Assembly (NCBI GenBank): GCA_007376205.1
Contig: VMFU01000007.1
Coordinates: 14,118-78,117, forward strand
Origin: Candidatus Peregrinibacteria bacterium Gr01-1014_25
Lineage (GTDB): Bacteria; Patescibacteriota; Gracilibacteria; Peribacterales; Peribacteraceae
Length of the DNA stretch: 64,000 nt
Direction: 5' to 3'
Position numbers and translations under genes: made by a program. Of this stretch, positions 62,012 through 64,000 are shown one piece after another (within the stretch, counting starts at the first letter, position 1; each line of letters starts with the position of its first letter). Below the pieces are notes generated by a model, which did no database searches, had not been told where the DNA came from, and saw nothing but the letters and a program-made list of their open reading frames with translations.

Positions 62012-62446
62012 ATGGAGAAGAATATCGGCCCGTCCGTCGTCGTGCGGCGAAGCACGCTGACGGTCGGGAAGAACCGACACGAGATCTGGCCGGGCATGAA
62101 GCTCTATGTGTTCGGCATCGATGCCAATGATTCCGACTCTTTCTCGGTTGGAGAAGAAGGGGGTAGGCCGATTGGGTCCATTCCCAAAAACGCAATGCTG
62201 CGGCTGACGTTCAACGCCGATGGCGAAATTTACTTCGTTGACCGCGTGCTCGCAAAAGATCGTTTTCAGATGAAGGGCGTGAGAACCGGAATGACCCGAA
62301 TTGTTACACTTCACAACTTCTTTCCGGAAATCAGCCAGGCGCCTGACCCGATCGAGGAGGTGCAGAAGTGCGCCTACCTGGCTTGGGCCATTGGCACCTA
62401 CTCGCCGATTCCGTCGAATGAAGATTTGGACAAGGCCGCGGCCTAG
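62012..62446 (+). CDS. Hypothetical protein (SD-led)
   Basis: GGAGG 5 nt before ATG; promoter TTGACT-16-TACAAT at 61861-61888; structured leader. Confidence 0.7.
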   Translation: MEKNIGPSVVVRRSTLTVGKNRHEIWPGMKLYVFGIDANDSDSFSVGEEGGRPIGSIPKNAMLRLTFNADGEIYFVDRVLAKDRFQMKGVRTGMTRIVTLHNFFPEISQAPDPIEEVQKCAYLAWAIGTYSPIPSNEDLDKAAA

Positions 62447-62465
62447 CCCCCGGAACGTCGACTTT

Positions 62466-62495
62466 CCCTGATGAGCATGCGCTCGTCAGGGATTT
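62466..62495 (+). terminator. Hairpin terminator candidate
   Basis: CCCTGATGAGC-ATGC-GCTCGTCAGGG followed by ATTT. Confidence 0.55.
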
Positions 62496-64000
62496 ATTGG
62501 TGCGTCCGGCGCAGGCGGACTCGGCGGAAGGGGAGGAGTTTGCGGCTTTGGGAAGGGCTCCAGGCTCTCTACGCGTACGATGCCGATGGGGCGGTCATCA
62601 CTGGCCGCAGGCGGCTGCGAAGGCGGTTTCTGCTGCTCTGCAGGTTTTTCCGGCGATGGCATCCTTGCAGGTTGAGCTTCTGCTTTTGGCTTCTCCAAGG
62701 GCTCTTCGGTCATCGGAGGCATTCCCGACACGGCATCAGGTTTCGTGGTGGCGGGTGTTTTATCCTGCATCACGGTTGTTTTTGCCGTTGTGGGCTTTGG
62801 CAGAGTCGGGGGCCTTGGCGGGGAGGGAGGCTTGGGCGTGGTTGTCTGCTTCAGAGCAGCGGGCCGGGGCTGCTGTGGCTTTGGTGGACGCGGTCCTTTC
62901 TGCATTCCTCCGCCAGTCGGCCTTTGCCCTGGGACGGATCCACTGCGTTGCTGTGGCTTCTGCATCGGCTGCTGCGGGCGCGGCGGAAGCGGCGGCTTGG
63001 ACTCGGTGCGCGGCGCAACGGGCGTTGCAGCCCGGGGCTGTGCCGTCGCAGCAGCGGGAGCGGCCATCTTTGCAGGAACAGGAGGCGCGACAGCAGGAGG
63101 AATGGGCTGCGGCTGCGCTGGTGACGCCTCAATGATCGCGGGAGGCGGCGGAGGAATTTCTTTCTCCGGTGCCGGAATGAGATTCATGGGTTCCGCCGGC
63201 GCTAGCGTGGGCACAGCTGCGGGTACGCCGGTTTGCTGCGTAGCCTCTTCCATCCCACGCTGCAGCCACGCCGGAACGGGTTCTGCGGGTGGGGCCTCCT
63301 TGGGGGCGGGCGGCGTCCACGGTTTTTCCTCACTGCCTGGCTGCGGAACCGGCGCGAAACTGATCACCGGTGGAGGAGTCGTTGGCGTCTCTGACGCCGC
63401 GGCCTTCGTTTCTACAGGAGCCGCAGGCGCAGCTTCTTTCTCCGGCGTCTTCGCCTGCTCGGCGAGCCCTGCCGCAAGCCATGGAGGCGCAGTCGTGGTA
63501 TCGACTACGAGCTCGGCGGCTGCAGGGACCTTCGGCTCTTCCTTCGCGGGCGGCATCTCCTTCGTCTTTCCAGTATCCGCTGTCGTGGCGGTGTCTGCCG
63601 GAGTGGGAGCACTGACCGATGGTGCAGGAACGATGTTCTCTTCTTCCGGAGTTTTCCCTGCCTTGCGCTTCTCATCGGCGGGTGTTTTCACGATTGCCGC
63701 TTCCATCTTCTCGATCGTCGTTGGCAGCTTGCGCAGGCTCTTCCGAACGAACCGCAGCACCAACAGGATGACCGCCCCGGCGATCATCGAGAGGACGAAG
63801 ACCACGACGAGGACCAACCAGGATATACCACCCCCTTCAGTGCGATCCGCTTGCGGGGCTGCGCTCGATGTCGCTTGCGGGGCTGCGCTGGAGGCGGCGC
63901 CGCCAGTTGTCGTCGCTGCGACGGTGATGCTTTCTTCCGTTCGGGCGATCTCGTTGCCGGAGGCGATGTCGATCAGGCGGACGACCACCGTGTATGTTCC
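62486..64000 (-). CDS. Single-TM protein with very long P/A/K/Q-rich cytoplasmic tail; 5' end lies outside the window
   Basis: TM WLVLVVVFVLSMIAGAVILLVL followed by RFVRK; ~400-aa low-complexity tail with short PWL/AWL motifs. Confidence 0.75.
   Translation of the reverse strand, partial: GTYTVVVRLIDIASGNEIARTEESITVAATTTGGAASSAAPQATSSAAPQADRTEGGGISWLVLVVVFVLSMIAGAVILLVLRFVRKSLRKLPTTIEKMEAAIVKTPADEKRKAGKTPEEENIVPAPSVSAPTPADTATTADTGKTKEMPPAKEEPKVPAAAELVVDTTTAPPWLAAGLAEQAKTPEKEAAPAAPVETKAAASETPTTPPPVISFAPVPQPGSEEKPWTPPAPKEAPPAEPVPAWLQRGMEEATQQTGVPAAVPTLAPAEPMNLIPAPEKEIPPPPPAIIEASPAQPQPIPPAVAPPVPAKMAAPAAATAQPRAATPVAPRTESKPPLPPRPQQPMQKPQQRSGSVPGQRPTGGGMQKGPRPPKPQQPRPAALKQTTTPKPPSPPRPPTLPKPTTAKTTVMQDKTPATTKPDAVSGMPPMTEEPLEKPKAEAQPARMPSPEKPAEQQKPPSQPPAASDDRPIGIVRVESLEPFPKPQTPPLPPSPPAPDAPINP

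Overview
GC-rich bacterial chromosomal window using the standard code (TGA stops). Gene content and style suggest a Patescibacteria/CPR genome, probably Peregrinibacteria/Peribacteria-like; this is inference, not a search result. Core genes: rpoC, rpsL, rpsG, fusA, carA, ribD, nrdJ, ychF, tsf, rpsB, glyQS, rpsU, gyrB, hisS and tRNA-His. Surface and envelope genes: an LTD-nuclease, an SLH-sortase, a VirB4/TraD-like ATPase, PLD, a Cys-rich repeat protein, GT2/PMT/GT-C glycosylation genes, PrsW and an S41 protease. Positions ~3-22.6 kb are mostly orphan genes. The main unexplained patterns are five. (1) Core genes are leaderless or have SD-less C/U-rich leaders, whereas six stand-alone orphan genes have a promoter, a structured leader, a strong Shine-Dalgarno, and in most cases a boxA-like motif and a terminator. 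(2) A 9-nt tandem repeat family (GARACCGAN) is dispersed in 8 short arrays, in frame inside carA, gyrB and ORF1 and directly after stop codons; separate 7-nt arrays also occur. (3) Large orphan proteins share an N-terminal ExRL-type leader, and two are preceded by a small acidic helical partner. (4) An 18-bp palindrome resembling the trp operator occurs three times around a TrpR-like gene. (5) Tandem NrdR boxes precede nrdJ.
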